DNA of 64,000 nt from an uncultured delta proteobacterium (GTDB lineage: Bacteria; Myxococcota; Myxococcia; SLRQ01), in NCBI GenBank assembly GCA_963727485.1, contig CAVSGM010000001.1:192001-256000 (forward strand). Reading direction: 5' to 3'. The first letter of the stretch is position 1. Each line of letters starts with the position of its first letter. Of this stretch, positions 20,663-34,585 are shown piece by piece. The position numbers and the translations under genes are program-made. Below the pieces are notes generated by a model. The model ran no database searches and had not been told where the DNA came from. It saw only the letters and a list, made by a program, of their open reading frames with translations.

Positions 20663-21935
20663 ATGCGGGTAGGCTGTCCACAGTGTGGTACCCAGTATGA
20701 GCTGCCGGCGACCCAGCTTCGGCCGGGCCTGAAGGTGAAGTGTCGGCGGTGCAGCCTGGTGTTTGCGCCGACGCCGGCGGCGCCTGGGGCCCCGGAGGCG
20801 CCGAAGCCCGCGGCGGCCGGTGTGCCGAAGCCCGCGGCGCCGTCGGCGCGCCCTGCGCCGGCGACGGGCCTCTCGGATCTCGACAATCTCCCGGAGGATC
20901 CCTACGCCGGCCTCGGCGCGGCGACCGGCGCGTCCCCCTCCCCGCGGGCCCCGGCCCCTGCGTCCCCGGCGCCGCAGCGCTCCGCCGCTCCGTCCTCCCC
21001 GGCCCCGGACGCCGGTGGTCTCGGGGGCCAGCTCTTCGGCGATCTCGGGCGCCGCCTCCACCGAGGCCGGCGACGATCCCTTCGCCGGCATCGACGTCGA
21101 CGTGTCCGTGGAGACCGCCCGCCCGGGCGGGGTCCGGGCCGAGGGGATGTCGACCATCCGCGCCCAGCAGAACCCGGCGTCCGCGGCCCCGTCGACGCCC
21201 GCGGCCGAGGGCCCCGCGGGCACCGGCTGGCTCCTGCGCACCGGAGAGGGCGCCGTCCTCCGCCTCGACGACCTGGAGCGGGTGCGTGCCTGGATCGGCG
21301 CCCACCCCGACACCCCGGTCGAGCTCTCCAGCGACGGCAACCACTGGCGGGCCCCGGAGGCGATCCTGGGCATCGCCGCCGAGCCGCGGCCGGCCAGCGT
21401 CCCCCGGGGCACGCCGCTGGGGGGGACGCCGCTCGGGGGCACCCCCGTCACCTCCGGGCCCAGCTCCGCCCTGCGCGCCGGCGCCTCGGCGCCTCGGGAT
21501 CCCGATCGCGCCGGGCCGGTGTGGGCCCTGGTGATGCTCGTCTCCACCGCCGTCGCCGTCGCCGCCGGCGGCGTCGCCGCCCAGGCCCTGCACCTGGTCG
21601 ATGTCTCGGGTACCGTGCCGCTCGGTCGCCTGGGCCTCGCGCGCTTGGTCCCCGTCGAGCCCCCGCCCCCCACGGTGGCCGCCGCCGAGGCGCCGACCCC
21701 GGCGAAGGCCTACGCCTCGGCCCTGCGCGACGCCCGCGCCGCCCGCCAGGCCGGGCACCTGGTCGACGCCGTCGTCGCCTACCGCCGGGCCCTCGCCGCC
21801 CGCACCAGCTCCGAGGCCCTCGAAGGCCTCGCCGACACCTACGCCCTCCTCGGCGACGCCCCGCGCGCCGAGGCCGCCCGCCGGCGCCTCTCGACCCTCG
21901 ACGGGCACGCCGGCAAGAAGGCCGGGGGCCCCTAG
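20663..21935 (+). CDS. MJ0042-type zinc-ribbon membrane protein with TPR-like C-terminus (+1 frameshift at ~21048)
   Basis: CPQCGTQY...VKCRRCSLVF; Pro/Ala linker; one TM helix; helical repeat tail. Confidence 0.7.
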
Positions 21936-21941
21936 GAGATC

Positions 21942-24152
21942 ATGGACGTCCGCTGCGACCAGTGTGGAACCGAGTACGAGTTCGAGGACGATCGGGTGAC
22001 CGAGCAGGGGGTCACCGTGCGCTGCACCGAGTGCAGCCACGTGTTCAAGGTCCGCCGGCGCACCGTCGCCGTCACCGAGCCGGTCTCCGCGGCCCCGGCC
22101 GGCCCCGGGGGGGACGGCGGCGGTGAGAAGGCGTGGATGGTCCGGCGCGAGAACGGCGACGTCTACACCTTCCGGGAGCTGACCACCCTCCAGAAGTGGA
22201 TCGTGGAGCGGAAGGTCACCCGCGCCGACGAGATCAGCCGCTCCGGCGAGACCTGGAAGCGCCTGGGGAACATCGCCGAGCTCGCCACCTTCTTCCAGGT
22301 GGTCGAGCAGGCGGACCGGGCGGCGGCGGTGGCAGTCAACAGCCCGGCGACCGCCGGCGAGGCGGCCACCGCCGTGCCCCTCACCGCTCCCACGTCCCCC
22401 GGGATGGCGGCCCCGGTGGCCCCGGTGGCCGCGCCCCAGGCGCCGGCGCCCGCCCCCTCGGCGGCCGCTCCGCCTCCCGCCGCCCCGGCGCCCCAGGTTC
22501 CGCCGGCGCCGACCGCTCCGTCCCCCCAGGCTCCGGCGGCCGCGCCCCCCCCGGCGCCCCCCGCCGCCGCGCCCCCCCCCGCGCCCCCCGCCGCCGCGGC
22601 GGTCGACGCCTACGTGCCTCCGCCGCCGACCCGCGGCCCGGCCCCCGGGGGCGACCTCGGGGGCCTCTCGCCGGCGAGCGAGCGGAGCTGGCGGCCCCCG
22701 CCCGACGACCTCGTCGGCGACCTCGACGACGACGACTTCGCCGAGTTCCGCAAGGGCGGGAAGGGCAAGTGGGTCTTCCTGGTGCTCCTGCTCCTCGTCG
22801 CCGGCGGGGCCGGCGGCTTCTACTACCTGCGCCCGGCGCAGTTCAAGGCGCTGCTCCACCTGACCCCGGCGATCCCCGCCACCGCCCGGGCCAAGGTCGA
22901 GGCCGGCCGCAAGGCCCTCGTGCCCGACACCCTCGCCGCCTACCAGGCCGCCGAGGGCGACTTCCAGGCGGCGGCCGGCCTCGCCGGCAACACCCCCTAC
23001 CCGGCGGCGGAGGCCGGCCTCGCCGAGACCGATGTGCGCTGGGCCCTGGCGCTCCGGGCCGAGGCGGATGCCGCCGCCACCGAGGCCAAGGCCGAGGGCA
23101 AGGGCCTCGACGCCCAGCCGTCGGACGACGCCGCGGCCAAGGCCCAGGCGAAGACCCACGACGCCGTCGCCGCCCTCGCCAACAAGGCCAACGACCTCGA
23201 CCAGAAGGCCGCCGACAAGCTCGACGCCGCCTTCGCCGCCGCCCGCAAGGCCATGGACACCGCGCCCGAGGCCCTGCCCTCGCTCCGGGCGATGATCGCC
23301 TACTACGCCGCCGAGGCCAGCCAGGCCCAGCTCGACACCCTCCTCGACAAGGCGGCCCGCGTGCAGGGCAGCGAGCGCGACGCCGACCTCGCCTACCTCC
23401 GGGGCCTCGCCCTCGGGGTCGAGGGGGCCCCGCCGGCGAAGGTGGAGCAGGCGCTCGAGCAGGCCCTGTCCCTGGACCCGCACCTGGTCGCCGCCCGCTA
23501 CGCCCTGGCCCGGACCTACGCCGACGCCAAGGACGCCGACGCCGCCACCACCCAGCTCAAGCAGCTCCTCGCCGAGAGCCCGGACCACGCGCGCGCCAAG
23601 GCCCTCCTCGCCCACCTCGCCGCCGCCCCGGCCCCCAAGCCGGCCGAGGCCAAGGCCAAGGAGGCGCCCTCGGAGGCCAAGGCCCAGGCCGCCCCCGCCG
23701 AGACCGCGCCCGCCAACGCCGCGCCCAAGGTCGCCGCCGCGGCCAAGACCAAGGCCAAGGCGCCCAAGGCCGCGCCCAAGCCCGCCGCCCACAAGCCGCT
23801 GGGCTACGACGCCCTCCTCGCCGCCGCCTACCGCCTGCGCAACGACGGCAAGATCCAGCAGGCCCTCGACCTCTACGGCCGGGCCCGGGACCTCAAGCCC
23901 GACCGGGCCGAGCCCTACGCCGGCCAGGGGTGGTGCTACATGGAGATGCACGCACCGGGGCCGGCCATCGCCTCCTTCCAGGACGCCCTCAAGCGCAACC
24001 CCGAGTACGGCGACGCCATCATGGGGATCGCCGAGGCGCACAAGGCCCAGGGCGACAACAAGGCGGCGAAGAAGTACTACAAGCGCTACCTCAATCTCCT
24101 CCCCAACGGCCCCGACGCCAACGTGGCGAGGACCAACCTCAACGCCCTCTAG
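21942..24152 (+). CDS. MJ0042-type zinc-ribbon, GYF-like, TM and TPR protein
   Basis: CDQCGTEY...VRCTECSHVF; LQKWIVERKVTRADEISRSGETWK; one TM helix; several TPRs. Confidence 0.8.
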   Translation: MDVRCDQCGTEYEFEDDRVTEQGVTVRCTECSHVFKVRRRTVAVTEPVSAAPAGPGGDGGGEKAWMVRRENGDVYTFRELTTLQKWIVERKVTRADEISRSGETWKRLGNIAELATFFQVVEQADRAAAVAVNSPATAGEAATAVPLTAPTSPGMAAPVAPVAAPQAPAPAPSAAAPPPAAPAPQVPPAPTAPSPQAPAAAPPPAPPAAAPPPAPPAAAAVDAYVPPPPTRGPAPGGDLGGLSPASERSWRPPPDDLVGDLDDDDFAEFRKGGKGKWVFLVLLLLVAGGAGGFYYLRPAQFKALLHLTPAIPATARAKVEAGRKALVPDTLAAYQAAEGDFQAAAGLAGNTPYPAAEAGLAETDVRWALALRAEADAAATEAKAEGKGLDAQPSDDAAAKAQAKTHDAVAALANKANDLDQKAADKLDAAFAAARKAMDTAPEALPSLRAMIAYYAAEASQAQLDTLLDKAARVQGSERDADLAYLRGLALGVEGAPPAKVEQALEQALSLDPHLVAARYALARTYADAKDADAATTQLKQLLAESPDHARAKALLAHLAAAPAPKPAEAKAKEAPSEAKAQAAPAETAPANAAPKVAAAAKTKAKAPKAAPKPAAHKPLGYDALLAAAYRLRNDGKIQQALDLYGRARDLKPDRAEPYAGQGWCYMEMHAPGPAIASFQDALKRNPEYGDAIMGIAEAHKAQGDNKAAKKYYKRYLNLLPNGPDANVARTNLNAL

Positions 24153-24168
24153 TCTCCAGGAGATTCCC

Positions 24169-24483
24169 ATGTCGGACAGCGGCAAGCCCAGCACGCAGGA
24201 AGACGAGTACTTCGCCAAGGAGCAGGCGGAGAAGCTTCGCAAGCTGGCCCTGGAGCGCCATCGCAAGCTCGAGGCGGCCGAGCGGGAGGCCCAGAAGCAG
24301 GCCCACTACATGCGCTGCCCCAAGTGCGGGGACGAGCTTCACACCATCCACTTCCGGGAGATCGACGTGGACCGCTGCTTCAACTGCGGCGGCACCTGGC
24401 TCGATCAGGGGGAGCTGGAGAAGGTGGTGGCCAAGGAGGGCGGCGCGGTGACCGAGGCCATCCTCAACTGGTTCCGCGCCTGA
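24169..24483 (+). CDS. zf-TFIIB-type zinc-finger protein
   Basis: MRCPKCG...IDVDRCFNCGGTWLDQGEL. Confidence 0.85.
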   Translation: MSDSGKPSTQEDEYFAKEQAEKLRKLALERHRKLEAAEREAQKQAHYMRCPKCGDELHTIHFREIDVDRCFNCGGTWLDQGELEKVVAKEGGAVTEAILNWFRA

Positions 24484-25386
24484 TCAGGCGCGGGTGAAGT
24501 CCGCCGGGGTCGGCGCCTCGATCACCAGGCGCACCCCGGTGACCGGGTGGCGCAGGGCGAGGCGGGACGCGTGGAGCATCAGCCGGGGGGCGGCCGGCCC
24601 GCCGTAGAGGGGGTCGCCGACCACCGGGTGCCCCAGCCAGGCCAGGTGCGCCCGGGCCTGGTGGGTGACCCCGGTGACGAGCTCGATCGCCACCAGGGTG
24701 TCCTCGCCCACCGTCTCCAGGGCCCGCCACCGGGTGAGGGCGGGCCAGGCGTGGCGCACCCCCACCGTGCCCTCGGGGGCCGGGATCATCCGCCGCTTGT
24801 GCCGGGCGCGGCCCAGCGGCACCTCCATCGTGCCCTCGCCCTCGAGGCGTCCGGCGACCAGCGCCAGGTAGTCCTTGTCCACCTGGCGGGTCTCGAAGGC
24901 GTCGCGGACCGCCGCGAAGGCCTCGGCGGTCCGGGCGAAGAGGAGCACCCCGGAGGTGGGGACGTCGAGGCGGTGGCAGAGCCCCGGGGCCAGCGGCAGG
25001 TCCCCGACCGGGGCGAGGTCGGGGAAGCGGGCGAGGACCGCCCCGGCGACGCTCCCGGGCTCGTCCGGGGCCAGGGGGTAGGCGGGGACGCCCGCGGGCT
25101 TGTCGACGGCGATGAGGGCGTCGTCGGCGTGGAGGATCGACAGGGCGAGGTCCGGGGCCGGGGCGGCGCCGGCGGCGTCCTCGAGGCCCAGGAGGACGAC
25201 CTCGGCCCCGGGCCGCGCCAGGTCGGCGCCCCTCACCCGCCGGCCGTCGAGGCGCACCCGCCCGGCGTGGAAGGCGGCCTTGAGGCGCCGGCGGCTCACC
25301 CCCGGGAGCAGGCCCGAGAGGGTGGTGTCGAGGCGCCCGTGGGCGTCCTCGGGGAGGGTCAGGGTGCGGGGGCCGTCGTCGCTCAC
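24484..25386 (-). CDS. RluA/RluD-family pseudouridine synthase
   Basis: S4-like N-terminus; VDKPAG, HRLDVPTSG, TGVTHQAR and GDPLYG motifs. Confidence 0.9.
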   Translation of the reverse strand: MSDDGPRTLTLPEDAHGRLDTTLSGLLPGVSRRRLKAAFHAGRVRLDGRRVRGADLARPGAEVVLLGLEDAAGAAPAPDLALSILHADDALIAVDKPAGVPAYPLAPDEPGSVAGAVLARFPDLAPVGDLPLAPGLCHRLDVPTSGVLLFARTAEAFAAVRDAFETRQVDKDYLALVAGRLEGEGTMEVPLGRARHKRRMIPAPEGTVGVRHAWPALTRWRALETVGEDTLVAIELVTGVTHQARAHLAWLGHPVVGDPLYGGPAAPRLMLHASRLALRHPVTGVRLVIEAPTPADFTRA

Positions 25387-26246
25387 CGGAAGATCGACCT
25401 CCGCCGGGCGAGGCCTTCCCGGAGCATGCCCTCGAGGGCGGCGGTGACCTGCCGGACCTTCGCCTCCACCTCGGCGTCCTCCTCGTCGGGGAGGCCGGTG
25501 AAGGTGAGGGGGGCGCCGAACTCGACGTGGTAGCGGGTGGGCAGGGGCAGGAGCCCGAGGGCGGGCACCAACAGCTGGGGCACCACCGGCAAGGCGGGCA
25601 TCCCCAGGCGGCGGCCCAGACCCTCGAGGTTGGCGAGGGACACGTACTGCTCCTCGGCGCCCACCACCGCCACCGGGACGATGGGGACCTTCGCCTCGAG
25701 AGCCAGGCGCATGAACCCCAGGCCGAAGCGCTGGAGCTGGTAGGCCTGGGTGATGGGCTTGTTAATCCCCCGCACCCCCTCGGGGAAGACCAGCACCGCC
25801 TCGCCCTGATCGAGGAGCCTCCTCGCGTTCTCCGGGGTGCCCACCAGCTGGCCGATCCGGGAGAAGAAGATGGAGACGTAGGGCAGGGTCGGGACCCAGA
25901 ACTCGGCCATCGCCCGCAGGTAGCGCGGGGGGTCGGCCTCGAGGAGGGCGGCGAGGCCAATCATCACCCCGTCGAGGGGGAGCTGCCCCGAGTGGTTGGC
26001 GATGACCAGGGAGGGCCCCTCCGGCAGGTGCTCGAGGCCCCGGGCCTCGACCCGGAAGTAGTGGCGGTAGAGCCAGAGGGCCGGGGCGATGGCCTCGTGG
26101 ACGAACTCGGGGTCGAAGCCCACCGCGTCGGTGCCCAGGTCCGAGCCCATCGGCGGGGTCACCTGCGCCAGCCGCGCCTGGAGGTCGTCGGGGCCGAGGC
26201 GATCGGCCCAGCGGCGCATGAAGCCTTTGAGGAATCCCAGGGCCAT
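25383..26246 (-). CDS. Lysophospholipid acyltransferase (PlsC-like)
   Basis: NHSGQLPLDG (HxxxxD) and VFPEG motifs. Confidence 0.88.
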   Translation of the reverse strand: MALGFLKGFMRRWADRLGPDDLQARLAQVTPPMGSDLGTDAVGFDPEFVHEAIAPALWLYRHYFRVEARGLEHLPEGPSLVIANHSGQLPLDGVMIGLAALLEADPPRYLRAMAEFWVPTLPYVSIFFSRIGQLVGTPENARRLLDQGEAVLVFPEGVRGINKPITQAYQLQRFGLGFMRLALEAKVPIVPVAVVGAEEQYVSLANLEGLGRRLGMPALPVVPQLLVPALGLLPLPTRYHVEFGAPLTFTGLPDEEDAEVEAKVRQVTAALEGMLREGLARRRSIFR

Positions 26247-26304
26247 GGCAAAGGCATCGCACAGTCCGGCCCCGGTGCGAAGCGGTCGGCGCGCCCCGGC
26301 GCCG

Positions 26305-28219
<1,915 letters not shown>

Positions 28220-28239
<20 letters not shown>

Positions 28240-29161
28240 GGCCCACGGCAGTCGCCAGCAGTGCGGGATCTCCCGCGCCCCAGCCGAGCGTCTTGGAGAT
28301 GGACACCAGCGAGCGCCCCAGGGCCGCCGCGGAGGGGAAGCGCTCCTCGGGGTCCTTGGCCAGGGCCCGGCCGCAGAGCTCGTCGAAGACCGGGGGAAGA
28401 TCCCCGGCGTAGACCGAGGGCGGCGCCGGGGCGTGCTCCACCACCCGGCGGAGGGTCTCGAACTCGCTCTCGGCGAGGAAGAGGTCCCGGCCGGCGAGGA
28501 GCTCCCAGAGCACCACCCCCGCGGAGAAGAGGTCGGTGCGGGGATCGACGTGGGCGCCGCGGACCTGCTCGGGGGCCATGTACGCCGGGGTGCCCCGGAG
28601 GGCGCCCTCGACCCGCCGGGCGCCCATGCCCTCGCCCTCGGCGACCCCGAAGTCGGTGAGCTTCACCGTGCCGTCGCGGCCGAGGAGGAGGTTGCCCGGG
28701 TTCACGTCCCGGTGGACCAGGCGCACGTGCTTCTCCCCCAGGCGCGCCCGGTGGACGTAGTCCAGGGCCTTGAGCAGCCCCACCAGGATCGCCACCGCCG
28801 CCCGGGGTGGGAGGCGCAGGCGCTTGTGGGAGAGCCGGGTCATCACCGTGGCCAGGCTCCCCCCGTCGACGAGCTCCTGCACCATGTACCAGTCGAGGTC
28901 CCGCTTGAACGCCTTGAAGGTGCGCACCACGTGGGGGTGGCGCAGGCGCACGCAGAGCTTCGCCTCGTCGGTGAACAGGCGCACGAACTCGGCCTCGCTC
29001 CGGTAGCGGGGGAGCAGGCGCTTGACCACCACCCGGGCCTGGCCCTCGTGGGCGGCCGGGTCCCGGGCGGTGGCGAGGTAGACCTCGGCCATGCCTCCGA
29101 TGGCGAGGCGGTCCTCGAGGAGGTAGTCGCCGAGGTCGGTCTCGATCCCCGCCAGCGCCAT
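28220..29161 (-). CDS. Stand-alone Ser/Thr protein kinase
   Basis: GGMAEVY, VVVKR, HRDVNPGN, DFG and GTPAYMAPE motifs. Confidence 0.93.
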
Positions 29162-29186
29162 GGCCTCGACCGGGGACGCCGCCGCC

Positions 29187-30058
<872 letters not shown>

Positions 30059-30062
<4 letters not shown>

Positions 30063-32227
30063 GCTCTCCAGTCGCGCTGTCCTGTCCCCGGTGCCGGCAC
30101 CGTGAGGGTGAGGTGGCCGTATCGGGGCAGTCTCTCGATCTCCACCGCCTCCGATCGCAGGTGCACGGCCAGGCGCACGCGCTCACCGCCGGGCAGGCCC
30201 AAGCGCTCGAAGGGGACGGACACCTCGACTATATCACCGAAGCAGACCCGGCCGAGAGGTTCGCCCTCGTAGGTGGCGGTGGTCTCGGGCCCCCGGACCA
30301 GGGGGGCCTCCACGGTCCAGGTGCGCTCCCCGTGGGCGAGCTCCAGGCGCAGGGTGCCCAGGCCCTCGAGCCGGGCCCCCTCGGGGGTGGGGTCGAGGCG
30401 GAGGAAGAGCTCGGTGGGATCGATGCCGTAGTAGAGGGCGGCGACGCGGGCGCTCGCCTGGAACATGCTCCCGGCCCCGTGGCCCGGGCGGTAGACCCCG
30501 GCGCCGTACCAGTCGACGAAGGGAGCGGCGGTGCCGTCGATGACCGGGGTGACCATCCGGGTGGGCTCCCGGAGCGGCGAGGCGGCCAGCCCCCCGAGGG
30601 CGGCCTCGGAGATGGGGATCCGGAGGCGCTGGGGGGTCGCCTGGCCGGTGAGCTCGTAGACCTTGATGAGGTGGGCCCGGAAGAGCTCGTCGAAGACCTC
30701 GGGGTTCTCGGAGACGAAGTCCTCGCCGTACCACCAGAACCAGTCCGAGCCCTCGGCGGCGAGGAGGTGCTCCCGGGCCTCGGCGCGGTTCTGCTCGGCG
30801 AGGTCCGACGAGTGGGCGTCGAAGACGCTGCCGGCCTCGCAGAGGAGCTGCCAGGCGAGGTTGGTCTCCGGGTGGCCGATCCAGATGGCGTAGCTCGCCT
30901 GGATCCACGAGCCCGAGTGGAGGCGCCGGATGCGCCGGGCCGGGGGCGCGGCGGCCACCGCGTCGCCGAGGGTGGTGCTCTCGATGCGCACCCCGTCGAG
31001 GTTGCCCCGGGCCAGGGCCTGGTGGAGCTGGTCGAGGAACGCGCGGCCGCTGTCGGGGTAGCGCTCCCAGGGGTTCTCGCCGTCGAGGATCACCGGGACC
31101 AGGGGCGGCGGGTCGGCGGGGACCTCCCGGGCGATGGCGGTGACCCGGCGCAAGAAGTCGGTGACCGCCTCCTGTGCGGGGTTGGTGGCGTAGGAGAAGC
31201 CGATGAGGTCGGAGAGGGTGCGGTCCCGGAAGACCATGGCGATCTCCCGGTCCCCGGCGTCGACGGCCCAGGTCCGGTAGAGGTCGGCGCGGGTCGCCTC
31301 GCCGTCGAGCTCGCTCCTGAACAGGACGTCCTCGTCGGAGGCGCACCAGCGGACGCCGGCCTCGGCGAGGATCGCCACCGCCTCGGGGGAGACCGAGCCC
31401 TCGGCGGGCCACATCCCCGCGGGCCTGGCCCCGAATATCCGGGCGTGGGCCTCGAGGGCCTTGGCCACCTGGATCCGGGCGTCGCCGGGGCGGGCGGTGC
31501 GCGGGGGCAGGGCCGCGTCGGGGAGGGCCCGGCGGGCGGCGTCGGTGTCGCACACCAGCGGCAGGATGGGGTGGTAGTAGGGGGTGGTGGTCAGCTCCAC
31601 CTGGCCCCGGTCGGCGAGGCGCTTCCACCGGGGCAGGACCTCGGCGAGCACCCGGGCCTGGCACTGGAGGAGGACGTCCTTCTCCACCTCGGTGAACCCT
31701 CCGCCCTTGGTGAGGAGGTTCTTCACCACATCCTCGTCGGTGCGGGCGGCGAAGCCCATCCACGAGAGGTTGAAGAGCACCTGGAGGTCGCGGAAGTCCT
31801 GGGCGCTGAACTCCCGGACCACCCGCTCGAGGTCGAGGCTCTTGAGGTCCCGGCCCCGCTGGTGGAGCAGCTCCCAGTATCGGGGCAGGGGGCGGGCGCC
31901 GGCCTCCCAGTCGACGCGGAAGAAGCCCCGGAGGATCTCCACCTGCTCGGCGAGGGTGAGGTCCTCGGCCCGGCGCGCCGAGAGGTCGAGGAAGCGGTCG
32001 CCGAAGGCGCCCCGGACCAGGCCGTCGAGCTGCTCGACGAGGATGGGGGTGAGGTTCACGGTGGCGTGGACCTCGGGGTGGCGCTCGAGGATCCAGCCGA
32101 GGTCGGTGTAGCCGCGGGTGCCGTGGAGTCGGACCCAGGGGAGGGTCATGTCTCCGCAGCCCACCGGGTCCCGGTAGTCGGGCTGGTGGAGGTGCCAGAG
32201 GAAGGCCAGCTTCACATGGTCGCCCAC
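30059..32227 (-). CDS. Glycoside hydrolase family 57 (amylopullulanase-like)
   Basis: WHLHQP, PYYHPILPL, GMWPAEGSVS, ILDGENPWE and AEGSDWFWW motifs. Confidence 0.92.
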
Positions 32228-32255
32228 GTCATGTCCCCCCGCGGGTCGCGCGCCT

Positions 32256-33401
32256 TCAAGTGCCGGTGGCCGGGCCCTCGGGCGGTGCGGCGGCCACGGG
32301 CGCCTCCGGGATCCCCGGCGCCCGGGCCCTCGCCCCGTCGGCGGCGGCGGCCTCGGCGAAGACCTCGTCGATCTCGTCGTTCACCCGGCGGAGCATCGCC
32401 TTGCGCTCGTGGAAGGGCAGAAACGCGCTCTTGAACCCGGCGACCACCACGTTCTTGATGTCCTCGGCGTCGAGGCCGAGCTCGGTGTGGGCCAGCCACA
32501 GCTCCCGGGTCACGGTGGTGTCGGTGACCAGGCGGTTGTCGGTGTTGAGGGTCACCCGCAGCCCGTAGTGCAGGTAGAAGGGCAGGGGGTGGTCCTTGTA
32601 GCTCTTGACCGCCCGGGTCTGGACGTTGCTGGAGAGGCAGACCTCCAGGGGGATGCGGTGGTCGGCGACGTAGTTGAGCAGGTCGCCGTCCTCGCGCAGC
32701 CGCGTGCCGTGGCCCACCCGGTGGGCGCCACAGTAGTGGATCGCCTGGTGGATGGAGTCGGGGCCGAAGGCCTCGCCGGCGTGGGCGGTGCAGTTCACGT
32801 TGTTCTTGAGGATGAGCTGGAAGGCCCGGATGTGATCCTTGGCCGGATAGTTGTACTCGGCGCCGGCGAGGTCGAAGCCGATGACGCCCTGGTTCTTGTA
32901 GGCCACCGAGAGCTCGGCGAGGGTGAGCGAGGACTCGGGGTTGATGTTGCGCATCCCGCAGATGATGACCCCGCTGCCGATCCCGGTCTCCCGCTGGGCG
33001 GCCCGCAGCCCCGAGAGCACCGACTCGACGATGGTGGTCAGCTTGAGCCCCTTTTTCATATGCAGGATGGGCGAGTAGCGCACCTCGAGCCACCGGACCC
33101 CCTCGGCGGCGCAGTCGACGGCGAGCTCGTAGGCGGCGCGCTCCAGGGCCTGGGCCTCCTGGAGGATGGAGAGGGTGACGTCGAAGGCCTTGAGGTAGTC
33201 GACGAGGTCGTCGCACACCTGGCCCATGTGGATGGCCTTGGCCAGGTCCTCGGGGGTGTCCGCCGGGAGGGTGACCTTCTGGCGCTCGGCCTCCTCGAGG
33301 ATGGTCGTCAGGCGCAGGGACCCGTCGAGGTGGCAGTGGAGGTCCGTCTTGGGGAGGCGGCGGAGGAGGGCCTCGGAGAGGGTGGGCGTGTCGGCGGTCA
33401 T
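32256..33401 (-). CDS. add: Adenosine deaminase
   Basis: DLHCHLDGS, AHAGEA, RVGHG and NTDN motifs. Confidence 0.92.
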   Translation of the reverse strand: MTADTPTLSEALLRRLPKTDLHCHLDGSLRLTTILEEAERQKVTLPADTPEDLAKAIHMGQVCDDLVDYLKAFDVTLSILQEAQALERAAYELAVDCAAEGVRWLEVRYSPILHMKKGLKLTTIVESVLSGLRAAQRETGIGSGVIICGMRNINPESSLTLAELSVAYKNQGVIGFDLAGAEYNYPAKDHIRAFQLILKNNVNCTAHAGEAFGPDSIHQAIHYCGAHRVGHGTRLREDGDLLNYVADHRIPLEVCLSSNVQTRAVKSYKDHPLPFYLHYGLRVTLNTDNRLVTDTTVTRELWLAHTELGLDAEDIKNVVVAGFKSAFLPFHERKAMLRRVNDEIDEVFAEAAAADGARARAPGIPEAPVAAAPPEGPATGT

Positions 33402-33443
33402 GGGTGCCTGTCTACCATGAAGCGGCATGGGGCGCCGGGCCGG

Positions 33444-34487
33444 TCACTGCGCGTCGGCGCAGCACCGGAACCCGGTGGAGTAGTCCCAGTGGGCGGTGTT
33501 GTGGGCGGTGGTGACATAGAGGCAGCCGTTGCCGTTGAGGACGGTGTCGACGTAGTAGCCACCCCGGAAGGTGCCGTTCGGATCGGCGGTCCACTCGTGG
33601 AGGTTGCCCATCATGTCGTAGGCGCCCTCGGCGGTGACGCACCCCGAGTGGCTCCCGGCCGGGGCCAGGGAGCCCGGGAGCTGGTCGAGGCAGGGGTCGC
33701 CCAGGTGGGACCAGATCCAGGCGTCGCTGGAGTCGAAGTACTGCTCGGCCGGGTGCACGGCCCGGTGGTCGTTGCACACGCCGGGCCGGCGCGTGTCCCC
33801 GTAGGGGTAGGTGAGTCCGCTCGGGCCCTGACAGGCCCGGAGCCACTCGGTGTCGGTGCACAGGCGCTTGCCCGCGGCGGCGCAGGCCTCGCCCGCCTGG
33901 ATCCCCGAGATGTACGCCTGGGGGATGGCGCCCTCGAGGGACAGGGCGGCCGGCGGCGGGTCCGGCGGGTGGCGAAACGGCGACCACCCGGCCAGGGCGT
34001 CCTCGTAGCGGTCGATGCAGAAGGTGCCCACGCGGACCATGCCGTCCGGGCAGCCCGGGTCGCCCGGGGCCTCGGTGAGGCCGGCGTTGGGGTCCAGGAA
34101 GGCGGTGGGGTCGCAGTAGAAGGGCCGCGGGGTGCAGCAGAGGACGTCCGCCGGCAGGCCCGGGCAGTAGCCGGGGGTGGGGGCGTGGTCGCCGCCGCAG
34201 TCCGTGTAGGGGAGGCAGGCGCCGTCTCCGTCCGGGGTGGCGCACGCCGGGCCGCCGTCGAGGTCGGAGACGAAGCCGGCGTCCGAGGCACCCCCGTCGC
34301 CGGCGTCGGTCACGCCGGCGTCCCCGGGCCCGGCGTCACCCGGTCCGCCGTCGGTGGCGCCGGCGTCGGTCACGCCGGCGTCCCCCGCGGCGCCGCCGTC
34401 CCCGAGCTCCCCGCGGCTGGCGGTGCCGGTGCCGCCGCACCCGGCGACGACGAGGAGGGCCACCGAGGCCGCGACGGCGAGGCGCAT
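33444..34487 (-). CDS. FGE/SUMF1-like domain lipoprotein
   Basis: Lipobox VAG-C; DAG linker; FCIDRYE, KRLCTDTEW, DMMGNLHEW and GFRCC motifs. Confidence 0.85.
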   Translation of the reverse strand: MRLAVAASVALLVVAGCGGTGTASRGELGDGGAAGDAGVTDAGATDGGPGDAGPGDAGVTDAGDGGASDAGFVSDLDGGPACATPDGDGACLPYTDCGGDHAPTPGYCPGLPADVLCCTPRPFYCDPTAFLDPNAGLTEAPGDPGCPDGMVRVGTFCIDRYEDALAGWSPFRHPPDPPPAALSLEGAIPQAYISGIQAGEACAAAGKRLCTDTEWLRACQGPSGLTYPYGDTRRPGVCNDHRAVHPAEQYFDSSDAWIWSHLGDPCLDQLPGSLAPAGSHSGCVTAEGAYDMMGNLHEWTADPNGTFRGGYYVDTVLNGNGCLYVTTAHNTAHWDYSTGFRCCADAQ

Positions 34488-34585
34488 CCCGCCAGCGTAG
34501 CGAGGCGCCGGCCCACCCCGCAACCGGGTCCAGAACGGCGGCCGGCCCCTTGCAAGCCCCGGGGTCCGGTGGAAAGACTCGCCCC

